64,000 bases of DNA from Candidatus Saganbacteria bacterium (GTDB taxonomy: Bacteria > Margulisbacteria > WOR-1 > XYC2-FULL-46-14 > WPAF01), in assembly GCA_016223205.1 (NCBI GenBank), contig JACRPM010000013.1, positions 5,002 through 69,001 on the forward strand, read 5' to 3'. The position numbers were made by a program, and so were the translations under genes. The notes beneath the pieces are model-generated. The model was not told the DNA's origin, ran no database searches, and was given only the letters and a program-made list of their open reading frames with translations. This document shows, piece by piece, positions 53,494-63,522 of this stretch; position 1 is the first letter of the stretch, and each line of letters begins with the position of its first letter.

Positions 53494-54499
53494 ATAGGAA
53501 TTCCGCTTTCAGCCGGCACTCTTCCCATTCCCCCTCGGGGGTGGAATCCCACACTATCCCTCCTCCGACCCCCATTTCGCCCCGTCCATCTTTCAGCAAA
53601 AGCGTGCGGATGGGGATGTTGAAGAACAGGTCGCGATTAGGCGCGATCCAGCCGATGGCCCCGGTATAGATCCTTCTTTCTTCTTTTTCCAGCTCCCGTA
53701 TGATCTCCATGGAGCGGATCTTGGGAGCGCCGGTGACCGAGCCGGTGGGGAAAAGCGCGGAAAAAAGATTCAAGAGTTTTATCTGCAGATCGAGCTTCCC
53801 TCTCACGGTCGAGGTCATCTGGCATAAGGTCTTATAGCGGGCCACTTCAAATAGTTTGGGCGTTACCACCGAGCCCGGACGGCAGATCCGGCCCAGGTCG
53901 TTGCGCTCGAGATCACAGATCATCACGTTTTCCGCCCGGTTCTTTTTATCTTTATGCAACTTTCTTTTCACCCACAGGTCTTCCCATAAGGTTTTCCCGC
54001 GATGCCAGGTGCCCTTCATGGGCTTGGTCATGATGTTCTCTCCCTTTTTTTCGAGGAAGAGTTCCGGGGAAAGCGAAAGTATCTTGAATTCGTCGGTTTC
54101 GAGATAAGCGGGGTAGGGGACGGGCTGTTCTTTGAGCAGTTGGCGATAAAGTGCGTAACTATCACCTGTAAAGTCGAATTTATACTTCAGGCAATAAGTG
54201 ATCTGATAGGTGTCGCCGGAGGCAATGTGGGATTTGATGGACTCGATATCATGGGAGTAGGATTCGTAATCGATGTTCACTTTGGCACTCCTCACCCCTT
54301 CGCTTCGCTCTTCCCCTCTCCATCTTTGATGGAGAGGGGTGGGCCGACGAATGTCGGACCGGGGTGAGGCATAGATGCCGAAATGAAGCAGCGGGAAATC
54401 GTAGGTCTTGTCCTCCCGCAGGGTGTCCTCGAAGGCGTAGCCGGCTTCGTAAGATAGAAAGCCCGCCAAATGAAAGCCCTTTGCCAGTGCGGATTCCAT
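53483..54499 (-). CDS. pabB: Aminodeoxychorismate synthase component I (true N-terminus probably about 33 codons further upstream)
   Basis: AGFLSYEAG, SLSPELF, PMKGT, AENVMICDL.RNDL, GSVTGAPKIR, YTGAIG. Confidence 0.85.
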   Translation of the reverse strand: MESALAKGFHLAGFLSYEAGYAFEDTLREDKTYDFPLLHFGIYASPRSDIRRPTPLHQRWRGEERSEGVRSAKVNIDYESYSHDIESIKSHIASGDTYQITYCLKYKFDFTGDSYALYRQLLKEQPVPYPAYLETDEFKILSLSPELFLEKKGENIMTKPMKGTWHRGKTLWEDLWVKRKLHKDKKNRAENVMICDLERNDLGRICRPGSVVTPKLFEVARYKTLCQMTSTVRGKLDLQIKLLNLFSALFPTGSVTGAPKIRSMEIIRELEKEERRIYTGAIGWIAPNRDLFFNIPIRTLLLKDGRGEMGVGGGIVWDSTPEGEWEECRLKAEFLFNR

Positions 54500-54681
54500 T
54501 TTTTCAAATGCCGGTGCGATCTCGCGGGGATGATAGGCGACGATCAGGCCGTTAGGATCCGAAAAAGCCCGATCTTTGAATTCTATATAAATAAAAAGCC
54601 ACCCTTCTTACCTGGGTGGCTTTATGGCGAGCGGAGTCGAACCATTAGCCTGACATGGCGCTTGAATTATAGCATAATATA

Positions 54682-55644
54682 ATGATAAGATATTTCACAA
54701 TGCCGCCTAAGACAAATCTTGAATATTTCAATGTTTCCATGGACAATCCCGAGTTTTTAATTGACGGCCATTATGCGCATCTGGAAAACATTTTATCAAA
54801 TACGCAAATAATAAATAATGTAAATGCAATTCGTGAGGAAATTAAAAGGTTAACGTCGGAAGGCGTAAAGTATCAGAAGATCGATTATTTAAAACTATTT
54901 AATCTATTAAGAGCCGAAGGCGCCCAACTAACCGAATTGTCCGCATTTGCTGTTGCTTGCGGGATGAGTCATTCTTCCCTGGTTAGTCTGCCTCAAGGAA
55001 GCGCTTTGGAGGCCCTTCAAAATATAATCGATTTATATAAGAAAAACCGCGCTATTTTATATTCAAACATTGATAATAAATACGAAATTATTCAAGCCAT
55101 GTACGATGTTCGCGCGTCTTCAAGAAGGGGCAAGATCGGGCAGGATAAAATATTGAAGATCTTATTGGAAAGAGGAGTGCCACAAACTAACATCTGGAGC
55201 AGTTTCGAGAATGACAAAAACGCAGTTGCCGTCACACAAAACGCAGGCGCCTTTTCAATTAAGAATCTGCGGAAATATCTCCGTATAAGTTTCGATTTCC
55301 GGCATCAGGAAAAAATTATCGATATTCTGCTTAAGATTAGCGGACACTATTTTCTGATTGAAGCAAAACACATCGACGAATCCGGAGGGGCCCAAGACAA
55401 GCAGATATCCGAAACCATCGATTTGATAAAACTTACCGAAAAAGGGAACGGAATTCACTACCTTTCTTTTTTAGACGGAAGATATTCAATCGGATTATTC
55501 GGCAAAAACAGTATAACCCCCAGCCCCAGAAATAAAATGGATCGGCAAAGGAATGAAATTCTGGCAACATTAAAAAGAAATAAGCAAAATTATTATTTGA
55601 ACACTTTCGGTTTTATAAAGCTTCTGGAAGATTGCGCCGGATGA
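54682..55644 (+). CDS. Putative type II restriction endonuclease (PD-(D/E)xK)
   Basis: IIDILL...LIEAKH..ESGGAQDKQ; low GC; overlaps an MTase gene. Confidence 0.7.
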   Translation: MIRYFTMPPKTNLEYFNVSMDNPEFLIDGHYAHLENILSNTQIINNVNAIREEIKRLTSEGVKYQKIDYLKLFNLLRAEGAQLTELSAFAVACGMSHSSLVSLPQGSALEALQNIIDLYKKNRAILYSNIDNKYEIIQAMYDVRASSRRGKIGQDKILKILLERGVPQTNIWSSFENDKNAVAVTQNAGAFSIKNLRKYLRISFDFRHQEKIIDILLKISGHYFLIEAKHIDESGGAQDKQISETIDLIKLTEKGNGIHYLSFLDGRYSIGLFGKNSITPSPRNKMDRQRNEILATLKRNKQNYYLNTFGFIKLLEDCAG

Positions 55645-57104
55645 AAGATATAATCACAAAAAAAAGAGGAAGGTTCTATACTCCGCAAGAAATATTTAAT
55701 CGTTATATTTATGGGCCGTTTCTAAGCGACCTGAAACTTTCGGATTATATAATTGTTGATTTTTTCTGCGGAACGGGAGACCTTCTAATTCCGCTGATAG
55801 AAAGGTTTGATAATATAGGAGAGAGGAATAAGATATTTCGTGAAAATATTTTCGGTTTTGACATCGACGGCTATGCGCTAAGCATATTTAAGGGTAGACT
55901 TTTACAGATGGGCATAAAAGAAAAATACATCAATGAAAATATCATAAAAAAAGATACGCTAAAGGAATTGCCTTTGGATCGCTTGCACGGGAAAAAAATA
56001 ATACATATAACTAATCCTCCTTATCTCTATAAAGGATATTATGTGAAACAAAAAGAAACCCGGGAATTGAACGGGTATTTTGACAATCTGGACATCCCAC
56101 TGCAGGACCTGTATCAAAAGGCCTTATATAATGATGTAATGGGGAATCTTGAAATGATGATTTATATTATCCCTTCAAATTATTTATTCGGTGAAGTGTC
56201 GGCCGGCGCCATTAGAGATGCGGTTTTTAATCGCTATTCAACCGATAGAATATTCTGGTTTACCAAGCAAATCTTCGATGAAACCGACATCAATACGATA
56301 ATATTGAGATTAAAGAGGAAAAAGACGGCAGTCAGGGAAATACAGGATATAAAACTCATAGAATGCAATGGCCGGGAGAAAGAAAGTAAAATTAAATTGA
56401 ACCCAAGCAATCATTATCGCGCCGGTTTTGAGTGGGACGAATGGCTTCAAAAAAAGAAAGCTAAGAATCACCCTGATTTTGAATACTACTTAAAAACAGA
56501 AGACCTAAAAAACAATAAGGGCAAAAATGAGGTATGTGTTTATGATTTTAGCATCTCGAAATGCAAAAAATATTCTGTAAATAACGAGGTGTGTAGGAAG
56601 ATTAGAAAGAATCATTTAATTATCCGTACATTGGATACCGGATCAAATAATGGAAGAATAGGTATTTATGAACATTCAAAAATATATGGAACGGCCGGCT
56701 TAACAACTTCAAAAGGATGTTTTAGGACGACGCCGATACAGATATTATTTTATAGGGAATTATCTTATACAGATCAAATATTTATCATGAAATGGTGCAA
56801 TTATTGGCTGGAATATTTCCGAGGTAAATTAAACAGCATATTCCTGACTACTTATCGCCACACCTCGAAGAATTATACCCGAAAAATTATCGGACTAAAA
56901 AAAGTCAAAGAATTAATATTTACCTGTCCGGTTTTATCTTGCGGCGCAGAGAAAAAACAAGCGATATTGAGATCAATCGAAGCTAAAAGTCACGCGGAGC
57001 TATTAAATATAATAGAAGAAAGAGATAGCGACGGCGATCTTTCTTTTCGGATACCCGAGAAGGAAGTTAATCGGATAAAATATTCAGCATACCAATATGC
57101 ATGA
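55641..57104 (+). CDS. N6-adenine DNA methyltransferase
   Basis: GRFYTP, DFFCGTG, GFDID, NPPY; low GC. Confidence 0.85.
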   Translation: MKDIITKKRGRFYTPQEIFNRYIYGPFLSDLKLSDYIIVDFFCGTGDLLIPLIERFDNIGERNKIFRENIFGFDIDGYALSIFKGRLLQMGIKEKYINENIIKKDTLKELPLDRLHGKKIIHITNPPYLYKGYYVKQKETRELNGYFDNLDIPLQDLYQKALYNDVMGNLEMMIYIIPSNYLFGEVSAGAIRDAVFNRYSTDRIFWFTKQIFDETDINTIILRLKRKKTAVREIQDIKLIECNGREKESKIKLNPSNHYRAGFEWDEWLQKKKAKNHPDFEYYLKTEDLKNNKGKNEVCVYDFSISKCKKYSVNNEVCRKIRKNHLIIRTLDTGSNNGRIGIYEHSKIYGTAGLTTSKGCFRTTPIQILFYRELSYTDQIFIMKWCNYWLEYFRGKLNSIFLTTYRHTSKNYTRKIIGLKKVKELIFTCPVLSCGAEKKQAILRSIEAKSHAELLNIIEERDSDGDLSFRIPEKEVNRIKYSAYQYA

Positions 57105-57993
57105 GCATCGAGCCGACCAAAAACCTCTGTTCATCGCCTTAAGCATCACTTTCCTTATGATGATCGTGGAATTTGCGGGCGGCTTGCTTTCGAATTCCCT
57201 GGCCCTGGTCTCGGACGCGGGGCACATGCTTACCGATACCTCGGTTTTGGCCCTGGCGCTATTGGCCTTCTATATTTCCCGCAAGGCCGAGGCCACGCCC
57301 GAAAAAACCTTCGGCTATCACCGATTGGAGATCTTATCCGCGCTGTTTAACGGCGCGGCCCTGCTGATGGTCGCCGGGGTCATTTTATTCGAATCCTATC
57401 AGAGATATCTTCATCCCGCGCAGGTGCACAGCCAGCTGATGCTGGTCGTTGCGGCGGCCGGCCTGCTGGCCAATCTTTTGGGAGCGTGGGTCCTCTCTTC
57501 CGGCCGCAGCGAGAACCTCAATATCAAGGCCGCCTTCTGGCATATACTCTCTGACGCGGTCTCCTCGGTGGGGGTGATCGTAGGCGGGCTTATCATCTAT
57601 TTTACCGGCTGGCAGGCGGTCGATCCCATCCTCGGCGCGCTTATCGCCCTGCTCATTATCCGCGGGGCCTGCGATATACTTTCCGAAGCGGTGGAGATCT
57701 TGCTCGAAGCCACTCCGCGCGATATTAAATTAGATGAGGTGATCGAGGCGGTCAAGGGGATCGAGGGGGTAAGGGGCCTGCACGATGTGCATATCTGGAC
57801 GATAACTTCGGGATTCAGGGCGCTGGCCGCCCATGTGGAGATCGAAGATGCCCAGGTCTCGGCCTGCGGGGAATTGTTGGAAAAGATCAACCGGCGGCTG
57901 CACGATAAATTCAACATCGACCATGCTACCTTACAGCTTGAATGCCGGAATTGTTCCGCTGAAAGGGGCTGTATCAGTCCGCATAAACATTGA
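57097..57993 (+). CDS. CDF family Zn/Co/Cd efflux transporter (CzcD/ZitB-like)
   Basis: SDAGHMLTD, HILSD, HDVHIW. Confidence 0.92.
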   Translation: MHEHRADQKPLFIALSITFLMMIVEFAGGLLSNSLALVSDAGHMLTDTSVLALALLAFYISRKAEATPEKTFGYHRLEILSALFNGAALLMVAGVILFESYQRYLHPAQVHSQLMLVVAAAGLLANLLGAWVLSSGRSENLNIKAAFWHILSDAVSSVGVIVGGLIIYFTGWQAVDPILGALIALLIIRGACDILSEAVEILLEATPRDIKLDEVIEAVKGIEGVRGLHDVHIWTITSGFRALAAHVEIEDAQVSACGELLEKINRRLHDKFNIDHATLQLECRNCSAERGCISPHKH

Positions 57994-58831
57994 ATTTCTT
58001 TACGAAATGATGGGGATGATAGGAAAGCTTGGCGGTGCGCAAACCGGCGATCCCCATATCCTGTTCGCGATTAATATATTTTAAATCCGCCCACTCATTT
58101 TTCACGAACTCTTGGTTCATCAGCTGGGCCAACCCCTCATAGCCGGGATGGGCGATCTCAAAATATACAATGGCGGTCTCGTCATTTAGTTTTTCCCCGA
58201 TGGTTACCGCCACGATCTTATCTCCGGCTGCGATCGCTCCCCCGGTCAAGCCCAACTCCTCATAATTTTTTAAAAGTTCCTCCCAGATGGTGCGCTGGGC
58301 GCTCTTCCCCTTTATCCATTCCTCGAATAGGGCGGTGCAATCTTTGAGGCGGGCCGCGGTCAACTTTACATATTGATAAGCGTGCTGGCGGGTGAATTTG
58401 CGGATGCGGTTGCGCTTGCCGTCGTATTTTTTCCCTTTTAACTCGGCGAGGTCCCGCGCCAGATACACATAATCGAAATTGTCGCGGTCGGGCTCCACCC
58501 TTAAATTGCCGCAATATTTTTTAACGAACCATTCGGGGACGCGGGAAAGCCGGGGCGCGTCGCGCAGGCAGATCTTAAGAGTTTTTTCCACTTCGTTCTC
58601 GCCCAGCGGCGGCAGGAAAAAGGCGGGCTCGTTTATGGGTTTAAGCAGGAGGCAGAGATTGCCGTGGACCAGGGAAAATTCGGCGTGGTCGAAGCACCGC
58701 CACAAGAAGGAATTGGCGAAGGTCAGCTCTCCGCTCACCGGCGGATATTTCTTCTGGAATTTTTCAAAAAGCTCCCGGTCTTTTACGTCCAGCAGTTTGA
58801 ATTCGGGGTATTTGGGAGGGTGACCGGTCAT
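57974..58831 (-). CDS. DUF2156 (aminoacyl-tRNA transferase-like) protein
   Basis: DNFDYVY, GKKYDGKRN, YINREQDMGIAGLRTAKLSYHP. Confidence 0.85.
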   Translation of the reverse strand: MTGHPPKYPEFKLLDVKDRELFEKFQKKYPPVSGELTFANSFLWRCFDHAEFSLVHGNLCLLLKPINEPAFFLPPLGENEVEKTLKICLRDAPRLSRVPEWFVKKYCGNLRVEPDRDNFDYVYLARDLAELKGKKYDGKRNRIRKFTRQHAYQYVKLTAARLKDCTALFEEWIKGKSAQRTIWEELLKNYEELGLTGGAIAAGDKIVAVTIGEKLNDETAIVYFEIAHPGYEGLAQLMNQEFVKNEWADLKYINREQDMGIAGLRTAKLSYHPHHFVKKFNVYAD

Positions 58832-59229
58832 GGATGGACCATCACGGTGCAGTTTTGCTTTGAGCAGCCCTCGCACCAGTCGGATTTTTTAACCATGGAG
58901 GGCGGGACTTTCTCCGCTTTGATAAATCCCTGTTTGGCGAAGTAACCCGGGATGATGGTCGCCAGATGGACCGGGCCGGCGGCTTTGTTTCTAAGCTCCT
59001 CAATTAGCTTTCCGCCGAGGCCCTGTTTACGGAAGTCCTCTTCCACGCCGAAAGTGGCGATCTCTGTGCAGTCCGGGTGTTTTATCAGGCGGCCGATGCC
59101 GACGATCTTCTTTTGGTCCTCGGCCAACAAAAATTCCTCGGCCTGCATATCGTTGGAGTCCAGATAGAGTTTTTCCGCCAAGGCGCGGATCGCCGGAAAA
59201 TCTTCCATCCGGGCGGAGCGGATGACCAA
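58828..59229 (-). CDS. GNAT acetyltransferase (ArgA-like)
   Basis: VEEDFRKQGLG acetyl-CoA motif. Confidence 0.8.
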   Translation of the reverse strand: MVIRSARMEDFPAIRALAEKLYLDSNDMQAEEFLLAEDQKKIVGIGRLIKHPDCTEIATFGVEEDFRKQGLGGKLIEELRNKAAGPVHLATIIPGYFAKQGFIKAEKVPPSMVKKSDWCEGCSKQNCTVMVHP

Positions 59230-59230
59230 T

Positions 59231-59773
59231 TTAGAGGTTGAAGCTCTGCAGGAACGAGCCGGTCATGTAAGCGTTGTAGCTCATGCTCCCGGTGCCGGAA
59301 GCTCTGGTATCGGGCAGCATATAGCGGGCTTCCACTCCTGCGTTAAAACCGCCGAGTGAAAAAATAAGACCGGTTTCCGCCTGCACGCCCATGGTGGAGC
59401 TGGTCAGGGGGCCCACGGTGGCGGTGTAATAGCCGATGCCCGCGCCCACATAAGGAGTAAGCATTCCCAAAAGCGACTGGCGGTAGATGAGGTCCACGGT
59501 TATCGGGGTCAAGCTGGTCTGGACGCCGGCCACGCTATAGGTGGTGGTCTCAACCGCCGCTCTAGCCGAAAGGAAACTGGTGATCGCGTATTCTGCGCCC
59601 AAACCGTACATCACCGAGGCGCTGGCGCCGACTCCCGGAGGGGAATACAATCCCGCGCGGCCCGAGACCGTAAGGTTGCCGGCGAAAGAGGGAGAGACCA
59701 AAAGGAGAAGTAACAGAATACCCGCGAATGAATTCGCGGTTAAATTTAGGCGAGAATTTATTCTCGGCTTCAT
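59231..59773 (-). CDS. Outer-membrane beta-barrel protein (OmpA/OmpW-like)
   Basis: Signal peptide, TPYVGAGIGY. Confidence 0.75.
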   Translation of the reverse strand: MKPRINSRLNLTANSFAGILLLLLLVSPSFAGNLTVSGRAGLYSPPGVGASASVMYGLGAEYAITSFLSARAAVETTTYSVAGVQTSLTPITVDLIYRQSLLGMLTPYVGAGIGYYTATVGPLTSSTMGVQAETGLIFSLGGFNAGVEARYMLPDTRASGTGSMSYNAYMTGSFLQSFNL

Positions 59774-59855
59774 ATGATACCTCCTTGGCTTGAATTATAT
59801 CATCTTATACCATATAATGAGCAGGTTTTGCAATTTTAAGAAAGGGGAAAATAAC

Positions 59856-61865
59856 ATGTTAGCTTTGTTGTCTTTGGCCTGCGGGATCGTCGGTCTGCTG
59901 TTTTCGTTCTATCTTCTCTGGGCGGTGCTCAAAGAGCCCGCCGGGAATGCCCGTATGCAGGAGCTGTCGGGCTATATATATGAAGGGGCCATGACCTACT
60001 TAAAGAGGCAATATACCAGCATTGCCGTCTTTATGGTGGTGGTCTTTGCCGCGATCGCTTATTTCGTTAATATCTATGTGGCGGCGGCCTATGTGGGCGG
60101 CGGCCTGTTCTCCATGCTGGCGGGATTTATCGGCATGAGCTCCGCCACCCGCGCCAATGTGCGCACTACCGCGGCGGCCGAGACCAAAAACCAGGGGCGC
60201 GCTTTGGGCACGGCCTTTAAGGGCGGCGCGGTAATGGGGATGGCAGTGGCCAGCTTGGGCGTGATCGGATTGGTGCTCATTTGGCTATTATTCCCGACCG
60301 CAGCGCAAAGAGCGCTGGTGGTTACCGGATTTTCCATGGGAGCTTCTTCTATCGCGCTGTTCGCCAGGGTGGGCGGCGGCATTTACACCAAATCCGCCGA
60401 TGTGGGAGCGGACCTGGTAGGCAAAGTGGAAGCCGGCATTCCCGAAGACGATCCGCGCAATCCCGCGGTCATTGCCGACAACGTGGGGGACAACGTGGGG
60501 GATGTGGCGGGGATGGGCGCCGATCTTTTCGAATCTTATGTGGGCTCCGTGGTGGCGACCATCGCTTTGGGCGCTTTGATCGTGACCAACACTTTCAATT
60601 GGATGATCCTGCCTTTGGTCTTGATCGCGGCGGGCACTATCGCCTCGCTGTTCGGCGTCATCTTCCTCAATTTTATCCAAAATATCAATCCCCAGGCGGC
60701 TCTGCGCTACGCGACTTATGTGGCCATGGGACTTTTCATCATTGCGGCGTATTTTATCAATCAATACATCCTGCCCGGACAGCTGGGCGTCTATTGGGCG
60801 ATCCTTTCCGGGATTTTGGTAGGCATGGCGGTGGGCCTGCTTTCCGAATTCTACACTTCCGGCAAGACGGTCGAGGGTTTGGCCAACTCCGCCAAGACCG
60901 GCGCGGCTACCACCATCATAACCGGCCTGGCGATAGGCATGAAGAGCACGGCCTTCCCCATGCTTTCCATTTGCGCGGCTATCCTCATCTCCTATAATTT
61001 TGCCGGGCTTTACGGGGTGGCCATTTCCGCGGTGGGGATGCTCGGCACCATCGGCATCATCATGTCGGTCGATGCCTACGGGCCGATCGCCGATAACGCC
61101 GGCGGCATCGCCACCATGTCCAATCTTCCTCCCGAGGTCCGCCATATCACCGACAAGCTGGATTCACTGGGCAATACCACCGCAGCGATCGGCAAAGGAT
61201 TTGCCATCGGCTCCGCCGCCTTAACGGCGTTGGCCTTATTCGCGGCTTACACCCAAACCATCGGCATTTCGGTAATAAATCTATTGGATGCCCGCGTGGT
61301 GGTGGGCTTCTTTATCGGGGCGCTCATGCCGTTCGTCTTTTCCGCCTGGACGATGCAGGCGGTGGGCCGCGCGGCCTATGCTATGGTGGAGGAAGTTCGC
61401 CGCCAGTTCCGCGAGATCAAGGGACTGATGGAAGGCAAAGCCAAACCCGAGATCAATAAATGCGTGGATATCTCGACCAAAGCCGCGCTTAAGGAAATGC
61501 TGGTGCCGGGGATCTCCGCAGTGATAGTACCTTTGATCGTCGGCTTATTATTGGGTCCCATCTCGCTGGGAGGTTTTTTAGCGGGCTCATTGGGAACCGG
61601 GGTCTTGCTGGCGGTGATGATGGCCAATTCCGGCGGCGCCTGGGACAACGCCAAGAAATTGATCGAGGACGGATATTTGGGCGGCAAGGGCACGCCGATC
61701 CACGCGGCGGCGGTGGTGGGGGATACGGTGGGCGATCCTTTTAAGGATACTTCCGGCCCTTCGATCAACATCCTGCTTAAACTTATGAGCATCGTGTCTT
61801 TGGTCTTCGGCGCGACCATTGCCCGTTTCCATCCGCTGATCCTGGCTCTATTCAATATTAAATGA
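59856..61865 (+). CDS. hppA: Membrane pyrophosphatase, K+-dependent (likely Na+-translocating)
   Basis: [24 protein letters not shown] (Ala, K+-dependent type), [10 protein letters not shown]. Confidence 0.93.
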   Translation: MLALLSLACGIVGLLFSFYLLWAVLKEPAGNARMQELSGYIYEGAMTYLKRQYTSIAVFMVVVFAAIAYFVNIYVAAAYVGGGLFSMLAGFIGMSSATRANVRTTAAAETKNQGRALGTAFKGGAVMGMAVASLGVIGLVLIWLLFPTAAQRALVVTGFSMGASSIALFARVGGGIYTKSADVGADLVGKVEAGIPEDDPRNPAVIADNVGDNVGDVAGMGADLFESYVGSVVATIALGALIVTNTFNWMILPLVLIAAGTIASLFGVIFLNFIQNINPQAALRYATYVAMGLFIIAAYFINQYILPGQLGVYWAILSGILVGMAVGLLSEFYTSGKTVEGLANSAKTGAATTIITGLAIGMKSTAFPMLSICAAILISYNFAGLYGVAISAVGMLGTIGIIMSVDAYGPIADNAGGIATMSNLPPEVRHITDKLDSLGNTTAAIGKGFAIGSAALTALALFAAYTQTIGISVINLLDARVVVGFFIGALMPFVFSAWTMQAVGRAAYAMVEEVRRQFREIKGLMEGKAKPEINKCVDISTKAALKEMLVPGISAVIVPLIVGLLLGPISLGGFLAGSLGTGVLLAVMMANSGGAWDNAKKLIEDGYLGGKGTPIHAAAVVGDTVGDPFKDTSGPSINILLKLMSIVSLVFGATIARFHPLILALFNIK

Positions 61866-61872
61866 ATATGAA

Positions 61873-62730
61873 ATGATCGGAAAATTCAGGGAGATCCAAA
61901 AAACCCTTATCCAGATCCTGATATTGAACTGGGGCGTGGCCATTGCCAAGATCGTCGTGGGATCCATGTTCGGGGTTTATTCCATGGTGGCCGACGGCTT
62001 CCACTCTTTCTCCGATGGCAGTAGCAACATCATCGGCCTGGTGGGACTTAATGCCGCCAGCAAACCCACCGATGAGGAACATCCTTACGGCCACAAGAAA
62101 ATAGAGAGCTTTACCGCGCTCGGCATCATAGTGCTTTTGCTTTTGGTCTGCTACGAGATGGGCGAAGCCGCCCTGCGCCGCCTTTTTGATCCCGCCGTTC
62201 CGGAGGCCAATCTTTTGACTTTTACGGTGATGATCATTACCATGGCGGTGAATTATTTCGTCATGACCTCCGAGCACCGGAGGGGCAAGGAACTAAAAAG
62301 CGATATCTTGGTATCGGATTCCTTGCACACCAAAAGCGACATTTATACTTCCTTTTCGGTTTTGATCTCGCTTTTTGCCATCCGCCTGGGATTCCCGATG
62401 GTCGATACCCTGGCGACCTTCCTGATCATCGGGTTCATCCTGTGGGCGGCCTTCAATATCGCGCGCGAGGTGTTCAACGTGCTGGTGGATAGGGCGGTGG
62501 TGGACCGCAAAAAGATCGAGCAGTTAGTGACGGCCATCCCCAATGTCAGGGTTTGCCATAAGATCCGGACGCGGGGCCGCACCGACGATATCCATATGGA
62601 CCTGCATCTCTGCGTGGATAAATCCATGAGCGTGGAAGAATCGCATCGGCTTTCCCATCTGGTCCAGTCCGAGATCAAGACCAAGATCCCCGGGGTGACC
62701 GACGTCATCATCCACATCGAGCCCTGCTAA
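61873..62730 (+). CDS. CDF family transporter (FieF-like)
   Basis: ADGFHSFSD, HPYGH, HTKSD, IHIEP. Confidence 0.9.
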   Translation: MIGKFREIQKTLIQILILNWGVAIAKIVVGSMFGVYSMVADGFHSFSDGSSNIIGLVGLNAASKPTDEEHPYGHKKIESFTALGIIVLLLLVCYEMGEAALRRLFDPAVPEANLLTFTVMIITMAVNYFVMTSEHRRGKELKSDILVSDSLHTKSDIYTSFSVLISLFAIRLGFPMVDTLATFLIIGFILWAAFNIAREVFNVLVDRAVVDRKKIEQLVTAIPNVRVCHKIRTRGRTDDIHMDLHLCVDKSMSVEESHRLSHLVQSEIKTKIPGVTDVIIHIEPC

Positions 62731-63086
62731 AAGATCAGCATCTGCAGGGCGATCAAAAGCAGGTATACCGCGAATATCTTTTTAAGCCAGAGGTCGGGGA
62801 CGGGCTGGGCAAAGACCGCTCCGATCCAGGCGCCGATAAAAAAGCCCACCGCCAGCAATAACGCGAATTTAAGATTAACATTTCCGGTCTGCCAATATTT
62901 GATGACCGCTAAAAGCCCTACCGGCAAAAGCAAGGCCGCCAAAGAGGTGCCCTGCGCCAGGTGCTGGGACGATCTGTATATAATGATAAGGGCGGGGATC
63001 AAGATGGTGGCTCCGCCAACTCCCAAAAATCCGCTCAAGGTTCCCGCGACTGCGCCGATAGCCAAAAGACCCAGGATCTCCATCAT
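62727..63086 (-). CDS. TauE/SafE (TSUP) half-size permease
   Basis: GFLGVGGA.ILIP, AQGTSL. Confidence 0.85.
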   Translation of the reverse strand: MMEILGLLAIGAVAGTLSGFLGVGGATILIPALIIIYRSSQHLAQGTSLAALLLPVGLLAVIKYWQTGNVNLKFALLLAVGFFIGAWIGAVFAQPVPDLWLKKIFAVYLLLIALQMLIF

Positions 63087-63520
63087 TTAAGAAGTTCACG
63101 GACGAACTGGTTCACTTTTCCGCCGTCTATCCCGGGATGCTTGCCCATCACGGCCTTAATGACCTTGCCCATCTCTTTGGCGGAAGTTGCTCCGGTCTCG
63201 GAAATGGCGGCTTGGACTGCGGCTTTGACCTCGTCATCTGAAAGTTGTTTGGGCAGGTACTCGGAGACGATGGTTAATTCTTTTTCCGATTGCACCGCGG
63301 CATCCGGGCGGTTTACTCTTTTCATTTCTTCGATCGTTTCCTTAAGCTCCTTACCGTATTTGGCTACGATCTTCAATACCTCGGCATCCGGCAGGTCGCC
63401 CCGGGCGTTGACATAAAGGACCCGGCTCTTCACCATGCGTAAGACCGAGAGCCGCTGTTCGTTCTTTTCTTTTAATGCTTTTTGCAGGTCGGAATTTATC
63501 TTTTCAAATAGTGTGGCCAA
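63083..63520 (-). CDS. YqeY/GatB-C domain protein
   Basis: RLSVLRMVKS, EYLPKQLS, KEMGKVIK. Confidence 0.9.
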   Translation of the reverse strand: MATLFEKINSDLQKALKEKNEQRLSVLRMVKSRVLYVNARGDLPDAEVLKIVAKYGKELKETIEEMKRVNRPDAAVQSEKELTIVSEYLPKQLSDDEVKAAVQAAISETGATSAKEMGKVIKAVMGKHPGIDGGKVNQFVRELLK

Positions 63521-63522
63521 TT

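Noticed and set aside
54625..54645. GGTTCGACTCC...CCA on the minus strand resembling a tRNA 3' end or attachment site
   Set aside because: No T-stem pairing or cloverleaf; it fits a REP-like TGG(T/C)GAGC..AGTCGAACCA unit better.
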